Of a stretch of 64,000 nucleotides of DNA, positions 28,312 through 38,321 are shown piece after piece. The notes beneath the pieces are model-generated. The model saw nothing but the letters and a program-made list of their open reading frames with translations. It was not told the DNA's origin and did not search any database. The stretch comes from Polyangiales bacterium (GTDB lineage: Bacteria > Myxococcota_A > Polyangia > Polyangiales > Houyiibacteriaceae). Made by a program: the position numbers and the translations under genes. The stretch spans positions 206,817-270,816 of the forward strand of contig JBGCFM010000039.1 of the NCBI GenBank assembly GCA_045106895.1, given 5' to 3'. Position 1 is the stretch's first letter, and each line of letters begins with the position of its first letter.

Positions 28312-29286
28312 ATGAGTGTTGAAAGCGCAGTCCTCCAAGCCGCCCTTGATTCCACCCTCGAAGAAACCCACTTCGAAGAATTCGGCTTTCGCTACGAAGG
28401 AAAGGTCCGCGACTCCTACACCCGCGGTGGCGAGCGGACGCTCATCGTCACGGACCGCATCAGCGCTTTTGACCGCGTCTTGGGCACCCTGCCTTTCAAG
28501 GGCCAAGTCCTCAACAGTCTCGCCGCCTGGTGGTTTGAGGAGACAAAGACCCTCGTTCCCAATCACTGCCTGGACGTCCCGGACCCGAACGTGATGGTCG
28601 GCATCGAATGCACGCCGCTTCCCGTCGAGATGGTCATGCGCGCCCACCTCACAGGCGTGACCTCCACGAGCATATGGCACCACTACGAAAACGGCGGCCG
28701 CCTCTTCTGTGGCCATGCGCTCCCGGACGGGTTGCAAAAGCACCAAGCCCTGGAAGCGCCCATCCTCACCCCGAGCACCAAAGCCGCCAAGGGCGACCAC
28801 GACATCAGCGTGTCCCGCGATGAGCTCCTCGCCATGGGCCAAATCAGTCAGCGAGATTTCGACGAAGCTGCCGAGTACGCCCGCATGCTCTTCGATCACG
28901 GACGACGCGTTGCCGAGTCGCGGGGGCTCATGCTCGTCGACACAAAGTACGAGTTTGGCAAGACGCCGGACGGGCGCATCGTCGTCATCGACGAGATTCA
29001 CACCCCGGACTCCAGTCGCTACTGGGAAGCGGACTCTTTTGAAGCACGCATGAGCGCTGGTGAAGACCCTCAGTCCCTCGACAAAGAATATGTGCGCCGT
29101 TGGCTCAAGGACGTTGGCTACGGAGGTGATGGCCCCCCTCCGGCCATCGCCACGGACGTGCGCGTAGAAGCCTCACGACGCTACATCGAGGCGTGTGAGC
29201 GCGTCTCCGGAGCAGCCTTTGTTCCTAACACCGAGGCCCCCATCCCCCGAATTCGAACGAACCTTAACGCGCGAGTCTCCTCATGA
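28312..29286 (+). CDS. purC: SAICAR synthetase
   Basis: [54 protein letters not shown]. Confidence 0.96.
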   Translation: MSVESAVLQAALDSTLEETHFEEFGFRYEGKVRDSYTRGGERTLIVTDRISAFDRVLGTLPFKGQVLNSLAAWWFEETKTLVPNHCLDVPDPNVMVGIECTPLPVEMVMRAHLTGVTSTSIWHHYENGGRLFCGHALPDGLQKHQALEAPILTPSTKAAKGDHDISVSRDELLAMGQISQRDFDEAAEYARMLFDHGRRVAESRGLMLVDTKYEFGKTPDGRIVVIDEIHTPDSSRYWEADSFEARMSAGEDPQSLDKEYVRRWLKDVGYGGDGPPPAIATDVRVEASRRYIEACERVSGAAFVPNTEAPIPRIRTNLNARVSS

Positions 29287-29537
29287 AACCCTTCAAAGCC
29301 ACCGCTCACGTCACCCTCAAACGTGAGGTACTCGACCCCCAAGGCGACGCTATTCGTCGCGCCCTTGGAGCCCTCGGGCACGAGAGCGTGAGCCGCGTGC
29401 GCGTAGGCAAGCTCGTCGAGATCGAGCTCCACGCGGAGAGCGCCGACGACGCGAAAACACAGCTCAGCGAAATGTGCGCAAGTCTCCTCGCCAATCCTGT
29501 CATCGAGGACTTCGAACTCATCGTCGAAGACGCCTAG
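29283..29537 (+). CDS. purS: FGAM synthase subunit PurS
   Basis: [31 protein letters not shown] overlap with purC. Confidence 0.95.
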   Translation: MKPFKATAHVTLKREVLDPQGDAIRRALGALGHESVSRVRVGKLVEIELHAESADDAKTQLSEMCASLLANPVIEDFELIVEDA

Positions 29538-29567
29538 CCGGCGAAGGGGAACTTGGCAGAGCAGCGT

Positions 29568-31208
29568 CTAGGAGCGTCGCACGCGTCGTCGCAACACGCC
29601 GAGGACCACCTCTAGCTCCGGCGAGCGCACCAAGCGCGCGACGAGCACAAAGGTCAGTCCCCCCGCTGCGACCTGCACCGCGAGGACGCCGATTCCCACG
29701 GCGCTTGCCTGTAGAGGCTCGCTCACATCCACGAAGGAGCGACTCTGCCAGAGTACGAGGCCCATCGCCGCGCTGGCGATAAGCGCCCGTCCTGCGCTCC
29801 CAAACACTTCACCGAGCCCTAGCGCCCCCACGCGACGCCGGAGCAATACCAGCAGGCCCGTCAGCTGAGCGGCGGCGGCCGCGCTGATGGCGATGGCGAG
29901 ACCGACATGCCCCAGGCTCGTCATCGTGAGGACCGAAATGGTGAAAAAGACGACAAGGTTGATGCCACTGGCATAGACCGGGGAGCGCGTATCGCCGAGG
30001 GAGTGAAACATCGGAACAATGGTTCGCACGGCGGCAACCGCCCAGATGCCCACGGCGAGCGCCACTAGCGAGTGCCCCGTTTGCTGAACCTCCGTGGGAC
30101 CAAAAGCGCCGCGGCCAAAGAGATTCGCCACGAAGGGTTCCGCGAGCACAGCGAGACCCACCGTCGAAGGGATCGCCACGAAAAGCGAAAGGGAGAGGCT
30201 CCTCCGGAAGAGCGCCTTCGCTTTCTCAAGGTCTCCCTTTGCGGCGTGCTCCGCGAGTGTCGGCAAGGCCGCCGAGCCGATGGCCAGGGCGAACATACCC
30301 TGCGGGATCTCCACCAGACGTTGGCCGTAAAAGAGATAGCTGATGGCGCCAACTTCCAGATAAGAAGCCAGCTGCCGCGAAGCGATGATGTTCATCTGGT
30401 AGACGCCAAGAGCCACGAGGATGGGCGCCAGCAAGCGAAACGCACGCCGTACGTCGGGGTCACGGAGCGCAAGGCGCGGACGCACAAGATACCCAGCAGC
30501 ACGCAACGACGGGAGCTGAAAGAGCACATGCAAGATGCCGCCGGCGAGCGCGCCAACGACCAACGCGTACACCGACTCTTCGCCTTGGGAGGCGAGCCAA
30601 GGTGCGAGGAGGAGCGCCGCGGTGATGAGGCCAACGTTGAGCATCGCCGGCGCAAACGAAGCCGCGACAAAACGCTTCGACGCATGGAGAGCGCCCATCA
30701 CGAGGGACGCGATCCCAACGATGCCGACGTACGGAAACACGAGTCGTGTCAGTGACACGGTGCGCTCGAAAAGCTCCGGCGATTCGGCGAAGCCCGAGGC
30801 GTACAAACGGACAAGCCAAGGTGCCGTGAGAACACCGACGAGGGAGACGGTGAGGAGCAAGAGTCCCATCGCTCCTGCCAAGCGCGCGAAGAACACCGTG
30901 GCATCCGCTTGGCCACGCTGAGTCCGCACACGTGTGATCTCGGGAACGAACGCTGCGCTCACGGCGCCCTCGCCAAGCAACACGCGAAGCGCGTTTGGAA
31001 TCGTAAACGCCAGCCAGAAGGCATCGGAAAACGCGACGGCGAAGGTCGCTGCGACGACCATGTCTCGCGCGGCACCAAGGAGACGTGAAGACAACGTACC
31101 GAGGGCGATGACCCCGGCTCGTCGTGCCACGACGCCTTGCTCGTGGGCGCCATCGCCGCCTTTCGGCTCTGCGCTATTGGGGTCTGTGCTGCTCGCGTCT
31201 GCGCTCAC
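29568..31208 (-). CDS. murJ: Lipid II flippase MurJ
   Basis: SRLLGAARD, DAFWLAFTIPNALRVLLGEGAVSAAFVP, QRLVEIPQG, RGAF, DTRSP. GTG 31208 preferred as start (TTG 31256 possible). Confidence 0.93.
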   Translation of the reverse strand: MSADASSTDPNSAEPKGGDGAHEQGVVARRAGVIALGTLSSRLLGAARDMVVAATFAVAFSDAFWLAFTIPNALRVLLGEGAVSAAFVPEITRVRTQRGQADATVFFARLAGAMGLLLLTVSLVGVLTAPWLVRLYASGFAESPELFERTVSLTRLVFPYVGIVGIASLVMGALHASKRFVAASFAPAMLNVGLITAALLLAPWLASQGEESVYALVVGALAGGILHVLFQLPSLRAAGYLVRPRLALRDPDVRRAFRLLAPILVALGVYQMNIIASRQLASYLEVGAISYLFYGQRLVEIPQGMFALAIGSAALPTLAEHAAKGDLEKAKALFRRSLSLSLFVAIPSTVGLAVLAEPFVANLFGRGAFGPTEVQQTGHSLVALAVGIWAVAAVRTIVPMFHSLGDTRSPVYASGINLVVFFTISVLTMTSLGHVGLAIAISAAAAAQLTGLLVLLRRRVGALGLGEVFGSAGRALIASAAMGLVLWQSRSFVDVSEPLQASAVGIGVLAVQVAAGGLTFVLVARLVRSPELEVVLGVLRRRVRRS

Positions 31209-31463
31209 AGGCCTGCAATGCTCAGGGCTGGGTGCGTGTTCCCGAAGGGCTGCCAATCCGCAACGTCGCCGCGAAAATACCGATGGAGATGGCGAGGGGA
31301 AGAAGTGCGATAACGGTCATGGTGCCGAGTAGGTTTCAAGTGCCGTTCCACGTATCGCACTCTCCCGAATTCACGAGTAAATACGCAACTTTCCCGCACC
31401 AATCTCCCGACGCGCCGGAATGCAGCTGTGGAAGCAACGACACGCCGGCGCGGCTGCGAGGCC

Positions 31464-34400
31464 CTACTCCAAGCTGGCGAGGCGCCGCTGCACTTGATCC
31501 CGGTCGAGGGCGCTCGCGGGAGCGCGCTCAAGGTAGGTACGGTACGCGGCGATGGCGGCGGCGCTGTCGCCTCCACGAAGGGCGTCGCCCAAAACTCGGT
31601 AGGTTTCGTAGACCCAAGGCGCTACCTGGGTTCCCTCCACCTCGCTCGCGAGCGCAGAGGCACGCTGGAGCGCCGCAAGTGCCTCACGCCGATCTCCTCT
31701 GTCCACGCGGAGCTCCCCGAGTCGATACCACCAACGTCCCTCGGTGGCGTCGAGGTTGGTGGCTCGTGCATAAGACTGCACCGCTTCTCCTTGCCGCCCT
31801 TGTTGCGCGAGCGCTTCGCCGAGCCCGGCGTGGGCTGGTGCCAAATGGTCTGACAACGCGATGGACTGGCGAAAATCATTCGCGGCATCATCGACGGCGC
31901 CGGAACGAACACGAATCAGTCCTCGAACCATATAAGCCTCGGGCAAGGTCTCATCGAGACCGAGAGTAAGTTCAACTTCACTCCCGGCGCGACCCAGCTG
32001 ATTGGCCTGAAGCAGCGCCCATGCGTTGTAGAGGTGGTACATCGCCACCGACGCATCCATCATCACCGCGCGGCCTAGGTGGTCGAGCGCCTGAGTGCTC
32101 GCTCCGCGCTCAAAGGCGATTCGCCCTCGGAAGAACGCGACCTCTGCCGAGTCGGGTCGGTCTTCCGCGACGGGGGCGAGTGTCGCTTCCGCCTCGTCGA
32201 GCATGCCCGCAGCGACCTGAGCGCCGCCCAAGCGAAGCTGCAAATCCATGTTCTCCGGCTCAGCTTCAGCGGCCGCGCTAAAGCTAGCAACGGCGCGATC
32301 CGCGCGACCCAAGGCCTCAAAGATACGGCCACGCTCAAGGGACAGCCCAGGGAAACCAGCATCGAGCTCCGCCACACGCGTCAAGCGAGCGTCTCCGTCT
32401 CGGAAGCGACCGAGGCGGCGGTAGGTCACTCCAAGACCGAAGAGCGCGTCGACGTTCTCTGGCTCCATCGAAATGGCTTGGTTGTATTCGGACAAAGCTT
32501 CCTGGAGGTCACCGGCTTCTCGCTGCGCGTCACCAATCTGCCGATGAACGTCGGCGTCCATCTCCACATTTTCGCGCGCGCGAGCGAGGATCACGCCCGC
32601 TTCTTCTGCCTCGCCCGTGGCGGCCAAGAGGTTCGCGTGGGCAAGGTACGGCTCAAAGCGCGTTGGGTCTGCGGTGTATGCGGCGACGAATGCCGTCGCA
32701 GCTTCTTCGTTCTGCTCCAGCGCGCGAAGGATCTGTCCATGTGCGAGCGCCACATCGGCGTTGTCGGGGTACTCGGCACGAAGCGCCGTCGTCGCACCCA
32801 AAGCCTCCTGAGGTGACTCGAGAGCGAGAAGAGCCTGGGCGACTCCAAGCTTCGCCGTCGAGGCGGGCGTGAGAGCCCCTTCGCTTTCCGCAGGAAGACC
32901 TTGGGCCGCTTGCTCCGCTGCGGCGAACTGGGTGTGCGCGTCGCGGAATCGACGTTCGCGAAGCCCCACACGCCCAAGGCCCAAGAGGGCATCGACCTGG
33001 AAAGGCACCAGATCGCGTGCGGCAGTAAAAGCTTGCCGTGCCAACGCTCTGTGTCCTGCGTCTTCGTACACACGACCGAGGAGCGCGTAGGCGGAGGCGC
33101 GCTCCGTCGGCGAGCCGCGCTGAGCTCGGTCTTCCGGGTTCGCCGCGCGGGTCGCCAGGGCCGCCGTCTCTTCGATGGTGGCGCCCGCTGTGACACTGCG
33201 CTTGGCCTTCGCGACGAGCGCGCCAGCGTGGTTTGGGCTCATCTCGAGGGTCGCATTCACCGCGCCAAGAGCCTCTGCCTGGTCCGCCTCTGGGTCGAGG
33301 AGCAACGCGCGCGCGTGACCCCATTGGCCGCGTGCATCACCCGCGGACTGAAACGCCGTCGCCGCGTCCGCAAACTGGTCTTGGGCCAAGGCGAGCTCGC
33401 CTTGAACAAGTTGAACGAGGGTGCCGGTTGCGCCCGCGTTTTTTGCCGCAGCCAACGACGAGGACGCGGTCCCGATATCTCCCTGACGCAGAGCGCTGGC
33501 GGCCAGCGCCACGAGAATGTCCGGCGCTTCATTTCCACGCGTGGCGAGACGGGCAAGGATTGCTTCCTCCCGTACTTCTGCCTGGTTGTCTTCGCCGAAT
33601 CGGATCTGGAAGAGCGACTCGTACACCGCGCTCTGAACCAAGAGCTCTCGGTTCAAGAACATCTGGGCACGCGCTGCGCCGAGGCTCTGAAGCGCTCGTC
33701 GCGCGCCTCCGTAGGAGTCATCCCCGGCCAGCTCCGCGGCTTCACCCAGCGCCGCCGCCGTGCGTGCTGGGTCGCCAGACTCCGAGCGAAACTGCTCGAA
33801 GAAGTAGACGCCAAAGACGCCCATCGGGGTCCACTTAAGAGCGAAACCACCGCCCGCCAGGAGCACGACGGCCGCGGCGAAAAAGATGAGCATCTTGCTC
33901 TTGGGCTTCGCCGGGCTCGCCTCGGCGGGCGCGCGCTTCTTCGCGGCCCTTCGCTTCGGCGTCGCGGCGGGCGGCATGGAGTCCGGAAGATCGAGTTCGG
34001 AGTCGACGTCGAGCGCAGCTTGCTGTTCTGGAAGGTCATCGAACTCAAGCCCGGCCTCGCTGCCGGCTCCGGCGTCGAGGTCGAGTTCGCCGAAGGCCAT
34101 GCCTCCCGCGCCGGCGCGCCCATCCGGTGTCTCTGTCACGTCACGACGACGCGGCTGAGGGAGGCTCAGATCCGCGTCATCGTCTAGGTCCAGGCTCAGG
34201 CCATCGCCGGGCAGCTCCGGAAGGTCCGGCAGGTCCATGTCATTTGGACCGGGGGCTGGTGCCGCTCCATCGAGAGAGGGCAGCTCAAGGTCAAAGTCAT
34301 CGAAGGGCGTCGGCGAGGATGAGATCGGTGCGGACGAGGCGTCCTTTACCCCAGGCAGATCCAAGTCGAGTCCTCCGGCGCGTGGCATCGGAAGGTCCAG

Positions 34401-35837
34401 CTCGCCCTTGATCCCCGGAAGCTCTGCAGGTCCGCCGTCCGTCGGCGCAGGCAGATCGGAAATGTTCAAGGGCGCGGGTAGATCGAGGTTCCCGAAATCG
34501 CTCTTTGGCGCCGGTAGGTCAAGTCCACCTCCCGCCACTGCCGGAAGGTCGAGCTCCAGGCCCGGTACACTAAGTTCAGGCAGGTCGAGTTCATCGATGC
34601 TCGATGCGGATGGCGCTGGCTCCGACAAGTTGACGGGCTGCGGCAGGTCGACGCTCCCTCGCGCGGCTGGCAAGTCGAGATCGAAGTCGAGACCGGCGGG
34701 GGACGAATCGTCGGCGGGCGCCGGAAGATCCAAGTCGAAGCCACCAGGCTCAGCTTGGGCCAGTCCCATCGGGATAGATGGCGCGAGCTTTCGGCGTCGC
34801 TTCGCGGGTGCTGGGAGGTCCTGTTCGGATGCGCCGCTCCGAGTGCTCGCCGGCGCAGGAACATCCAGCTCCCCGAGCGTTGGAGCGAGTCGACGCCCGG
34901 CGGGCTTGGGCAGGTCGCGGTCCGGTTTCGCCGGCATCGCAGGGGCAAGACGACGAGCACGTGCTGGTGCTGGCAGGTCGAGATCCGGCGCAGGGACCGG
35001 TGGCGCAAGACGTCGCTTCGGCGCTGGCAGATCGGCGTCGGAGGAACCCCGAACGGAAGCCGGGAGGTCGATGTCCTCCGTCGGAGCCTTCTTCGCGACG
35101 GGGAGGTCAAAATTGGGTGGCGGGGGGACCCGAGGTGCCGCGGGAGGGGGAACCGGTCGTTTTGCGCGCTTCGGCGCAGGCAGATCCAGGTCGCCCATCG
35201 TCGACTTCGGCTTGGCTGGCGCGGGCAAGTCCAGGTCGCCCATCGTCGACTTCGGCTTGGCTGGCGCAGGTAGATCTAGGTCTAGGTCGCCCATCGTCGA
35301 CTTCGGCTGAGCTGGCGCAGGCAGATCGAGGTCGCCCATCGTCGACTTCGGCTGGGCTGGCGCGGGCAGGTCAACTTCGCTCGCCTTGGGCTTGGCCCGA
35401 GCGGGCGCAGGGAGGTCAACATTGCCTTCGGGCTTCGTTCGAGCTGGCGCGGGCAGGTCCACCTCGCCCATCGGCGCGGGCCTCGCATGGGCGGGCGCGG
35501 GAAGATCCACTTCGCCCGTCGTGGACTTCGGCCGAGCCGGCGCGGGCAGATCCACTTCGCCCATCGTGGACTTCGGCCGGGCCGGCGCGGGCAGATCAAC
35601 CTCGGAGTCACCGCTATTCGCGGGTGCTTTCGGGGATGGGACCGCACCCACCCCCAGTTGAGTTTTGGCGGGAACACGACGTGGAGGTGATGCCGCAGAA
35701 GCATCCACTCGACCATCGGCGTAGACCTGAAAGGTGGCGCTGCACTTCGGGCAACGCATCTTCAGGCCTTTTTCGGGCAGCCGACGCTCGTCAAGGTCGT
35801 AGGGAGAGGAACAGGAAGGGCACTCGACGTGAATCAT
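31464..35837 (-). CDS. Zinc-ribbon / DLP-repeat / TM / TPR protein (1457 aa)
   Basis: ATG 35837. MJ0042-type ribbon CPSC...RCPKC, about 600 aa of Pro/Asp-rich repeats, one TM helix, then about 750 aa of TPR-like repeats. Confidence 0.85.
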   Translation of the reverse strand: MIHVECPSCSSPYDLDERRLPEKGLKMRCPKCSATFQVYADGRVDASAASPPRRVPAKTQLGVGAVPSPKAPANSGDSEVDLPAPARPKSTMGEVDLPAPARPKSTTGEVDLPAPAHARPAPMGEVDLPAPARTKPEGNVDLPAPARAKPKASEVDLPAPAQPKSTMGDLDLPAPAQPKSTMGDLDLDLPAPAKPKSTMGDLDLPAPAKPKSTMGDLDLPAPKRAKRPVPPPAAPRVPPPPNFDLPVAKKAPTEDIDLPASVRGSSDADLPAPKRRLAPPVPAPDLDLPAPARARRLAPAMPAKPDRDLPKPAGRRLAPTLGELDVPAPASTRSGASEQDLPAPAKRRRKLAPSIPMGLAQAEPGGFDLDLPAPADDSSPAGLDFDLDLPAARGSVDLPQPVNLSEPAPSASSIDELDLPELSVPGLELDLPAVAGGGLDLPAPKSDFGNLDLPAPLNISDLPAPTDGGPAELPGIKGELDLPMPRAGGLDLDLPGVKDASSAPISSSPTPFDDFDLELPSLDGAAPAPGPNDMDLPDLPELPGDGLSLDLDDDADLSLPQPRRRDVTETPDGRAGAGGMAFGELDLDAGAGSEAGLEFDDLPEQQAALDVDSELDLPDSMPPAATPKRRAAKKRAPAEASPAKPKSKMLIFFAAAVVLLAGGGFALKWTPMGVFGVYFFEQFRSESGDPARTAAALGEAAELAGDDSYGGARRALQSLGAARAQMFLNRELLVQSAVYESLFQIRFGEDNQAEVREEAILARLATRGNEAPDILVALAASALRQGDIGTASSSLAAAKNAGATGTLVQLVQGELALAQDQFADAATAFQSAGDARGQWGHARALLLDPEADQAEALGAVNATLEMSPNHAGALVAKAKRSVTAGATIEETAALATRAANPEDRAQRGSPTERASAYALLGRVYEDAGHRALARQAFTAARDLVPFQVDALLGLGRVGLRERRFRDAHTQFAAAEQAAQGLPAESEGALTPASTAKLGVAQALLALESPQEALGATTALRAEYPDNADVALAHGQILRALEQNEEAATAFVAAYTADPTRFEPYLAHANLLAATGEAEEAGVILARARENVEMDADVHRQIGDAQREAGDLQEALSEYNQAISMEPENVDALFGLGVTYRRLGRFRDGDARLTRVAELDAGFPGLSLERGRIFEALGRADRAVASFSAAAEAEPENMDLQLRLGGAQVAAGMLDEAEATLAPVAEDRPDSAEVAFFRGRIAFERGASTQALDHLGRAVMMDASVAMYHLYNAWALLQANQLGRAGSEVELTLGLDETLPEAYMVRGLIRVRSGAVDDAANDFRQSIALSDHLAPAHAGLGEALAQQGRQGEAVQSYARATNLDATEGRWWYRLGELRVDRGDRREALAALQRASALASEVEGTQVAPWVYETYRVLGDALRGGDSAAAIAAYRTYLERAPASALDRDQVQRRLASLE
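35169..35603 (-). repeat. Intragenic tandem repeat, about 45 bp (15 aa) x 10
   Basis: Units such as EVDLPAPARPKSTMG and DLDLPAPAKPKSTMG. The DNA GCCCATCGTCGACTTCGGCT recurs. Confidence 0.9.
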
Positions 35838-35992
35838 CTCGTGGGGGCTCAACGGCGGAAGAAAGTGGAAAAACGATTGGCCGCGCGGCGCCAGACTATC
35901 ACGAAGGGCCCCAGGAACCGACGTTTCCCGTCGTGGGGACGTTTCTCTCCTCGTCTTGACCGCGTGGCCGAAAGCCTCGTACAAAGGTATGC

Positions 35993-36316
35993 ATGGCGTC
36001 TGGCCCCAAAAACACGGTATCTGTCGAAATTGGCGGGACCCCCTACCGCATGGTCACGGATACGGATGCGGACCATCTCCGGCGGCTCTCAGATCAGGTG
36101 AATCAGCGAATTGAAGCCCTCGGCGCAAAGGCGACGCGCGCTCTCGGCCCTGCTCAGATCCTCGCCATCGTATCCCTTACGATGGCCGAAGAGCTTGAGG
36201 GGCTGGAGCGTCAAGTAGCTGCGCAGCAGGAGGCGACACAACAAGCCGTCCAGACTGCCCTGGGGCGGATCGATGCCGCGCTCCTTGCCGCGAACGCCGT
36301 CGGCGACGCGGATTGA
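35993..36316 (+). CDS. zapA: Cell division protein ZapA
   Basis: VSVEIGGTPYRM...HLRRLSDQVNQRI...ILAIVSLTMAEEL plus coiled coil. Synteny with ygfA. Confidence 0.85.
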   Translation: MASGPKNTVSVEIGGTPYRMVTDTDADHLRRLSDQVNQRIEALGAKATRALGPAQILAIVSLTMAEELEGLERQVAAQQEATQQAVQTALGRIDAALLAANAVGDAD

Positions 36317-36326
36317 TCATCGACCG

Positions 36327-36917
36327 ATGAGAACCCCTGACGAAGACAGCCTCCGCAGCCGTCACAAAGCGGAGTTGCGCCGCCGAATGCTCGCCGTGCG
36401 AGGCGCGACGCCCAAAGTGGCTCGCGAAGAGCGCGCCGCCCGCGCGACGAAGCTCGCCCAGTCCCTCGATTGGGAAGGCGTCGAGACCGTCGCGAGTTTT
36501 TCAGCGGTTCGAAAGGAGATGGACACACGTGCCCTTGAGGACTGGCTGCGCGAGCGTGGTGTTCGAATCGCGTACCCATGCATCGACCTTGAGGCAAATG
36601 CACTGGTACTTCGGGTGGCCGAGCGCGACGAACTCGAAGAAGCGACCTTTGGACTGCTTGAGCCACCCTCGAGTTGCCCCGTCGCTGCGCACGTCGACCG
36701 GGTTCTCGTGCCGGCGCTAGCCATCGACCCCCGTGGTCACCGCATCGGTTATGGCCGCGGCTACTACGACCAACTACTGGCGTCGATTCCCAGCGCGGAA
36801 CGAATCGGGTTCGTCTACGACTTCCAGCTCGTCGCCGAAGCGCCCAACCAAGCCGGCGACGTCCCAGTTCACCGCGTCGTCACGGACTCTCGTATCCTCG
36901 AGTGTCAGGGTGGTTAG
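36327..36917 (+). CDS. ygfA: 5-formyltetrahydrofolate cyclo-ligase
   Basis: KAELRRRM, EMDT, FGLLEP, VLVPALAIDPRGHRIGYGRGYYD, DVPVHRVVT. ATG 36327. Confidence 0.93.
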   Translation: MRTPDEDSLRSRHKAELRRRMLAVRGATPKVAREERAARATKLAQSLDWEGVETVASFSAVRKEMDTRALEDWLRERGVRIAYPCIDLEANALVLRVAERDELEEATFGLLEPPSSCPVAAHVDRVLVPALAIDPRGHRIGYGRGYYDQLLASIPSAERIGFVYDFQLVAEAPNQAGDVPVHRVVTDSRILECQGG

Positions 36918-36935
36918 AGCAAGCAGGGGCAACAC

Positions 36936-38318
36936 GTGAGCGGCCGAGTCCTCATCGTCGACGATGACGAGACCTACGCCCGCACACTCGGGCGTGCCCT
37001 TCGCCGGCGCGGCTACGATGTCTCGGTCTGCGGGTCGGCAGCCGAAGCGCGCGTTGCCCTCCCCGCAGACATCGTCGATGTCGTCGTGCTCGACTATCAG
37101 CTGCCGGACGCCAACGGCCTGGAGCTCCTCGAGGAGCTGCGACCACTCGCGGCCGGCGCAGCCTTCTTGATGGCGACGGCATTTCCGCGGCTTGAGGTCG
37201 CCGTTGAAGCGATGCGGCGAGGCGCCTTCGACTATGTCGCGAAGGGGGGCGAACTTGAAGAGTGCCTGATCCGCGTGGACCGCGCTTACGACGTGTCTGC
37301 CTTGCGAAGGCGCATGGCAGAGGCGAGCAAGTCCGGCGGGGCAGCCAAAGATCTGGTGGGTGAAAGCCCTCCCATGATCGCTCTCAAACACCGGCTCAAG
37401 CTCCTCGCCGGGGCCGACGACACGACGGTTCAGATTCTCGGCGAGACGGGTACCGGCAAAGGCGTGATCGCGCGGGCGATTCACTCTGCCTCCGGTCGTG
37501 CCTACGAGCCTTTCGTCGCAGTCGACTGCACAACGATTCCCGAGACGCTGGTTGAGAGTGAGCTCTTTGGCCATGAACGCGGCGCGTTCAGCGGCGCCAC
37601 AGGCACAAAGATGGGCCGCGTGGAAGCGGCGGGAAAAGGCACTCTTTTCCTCGACGAGATCGGTGAGCTCGACCTCTCGGTGCAGGCAAAACTGCTGCGC
37701 CTTTTGGAAGAGCGTGAGTACACGCGCGTAGGCGGCACCCGCCCTCGAAATCTCGAGGCACGCATCATCGCCGCCACGAATCGCGACCTAGAGCTCGCCG
37801 TTGAGGAAGGTCGCTTTCGCGCAGACCTTCGCTACCGCCTGGAGGTGTTCGTTGTCGAAACGCCGCCTCTTCGCGACCGCGGTGAAGACATCATGGTCCT
37901 CGTCGCTCACTTCATCGGGACGCACGCACGAGCTTTGGGCAAACCCGTTCCAGGTCTAAGCGACGCGGTCATCGAAGGTCTTCGCCGTTACGCGTTTCCC
38001 GGAAACGTACGAGAGCTTCGGAACATGATCGAACAGGCGATGCTCCTTGTTCAGGGCGAAGAGCTCACGCTGGCGGACTTTCCCGTGCTCGCGCGCTCCG
38101 TGCGGAGTGTGAGCGCACGTCGTCCCGCGCGACGGGTCCCCACGGCCCCCATGGTCGATCTGGCGACGATTCGTCAGGAGGCCGAGAGCGACGAGCGTTC
38201 TCGCGTCGTGGAGGCTCTGCGCCATGAAGGCGGCAACGTCTCGGCGGCGGCGCGTCGTCTCGATCTGAGCCGCTATCAGCTCATACGTCGACTCAAAAAG
38301 CTCGGGCTGCGTTCTTAG
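36936..38318 (+). CDS. Sigma-54-dependent response regulator (NtrC family: receiver, AAA+, Fis HTH)
   Basis: LIVDDD, VVLDYQLPD, GETGTGKG, ESELFGHERGAFSGA, LFLDEIGEL, FPGNVRELRN, GGNVSAAARRLDLSR. Confidence 0.95.
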   Translation: MSGRVLIVDDDETYARTLGRALRRRGYDVSVCGSAAEARVALPADIVDVVVLDYQLPDANGLELLEELRPLAAGAAFLMATAFPRLEVAVEAMRRGAFDYVAKGGELEECLIRVDRAYDVSALRRRMAEASKSGGAAKDLVGESPPMIALKHRLKLLAGADDTTVQILGETGTGKGVIARAIHSASGRAYEPFVAVDCTTIPETLVESELFGHERGAFSGATGTKMGRVEAAGKGTLFLDEIGELDLSVQAKLLRLLEEREYTRVGGTRPRNLEARIIAATNRDLELAVEEGRFRADLRYRLEVFVVETPPLRDRGEDIMVLVAHFIGTHARALGKPVPGLSDAVIEGLRRYAFPGNVRELRNMIEQAMLLVQGEELTLADFPVLARSVRSVSARRPARRVPTAPMVDLATIRQEAESDERSRVVEALRHEGGNVSAAARRLDLSRYQLIRRLKKLGLRS

Positions 38319-38321
38319 CGC

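Noticed and set aside
26936..29537. purS without adjacent purQ/purL
   Set aside because: Split pur clusters are common, and purQ/purL are probably elsewhere in the genome.
32901..35959. Several long plus-strand ORFs with Gly/Arg/Ser repeats
   Set aside because: Antisense reading of the DLP-repeat/TPR gene.
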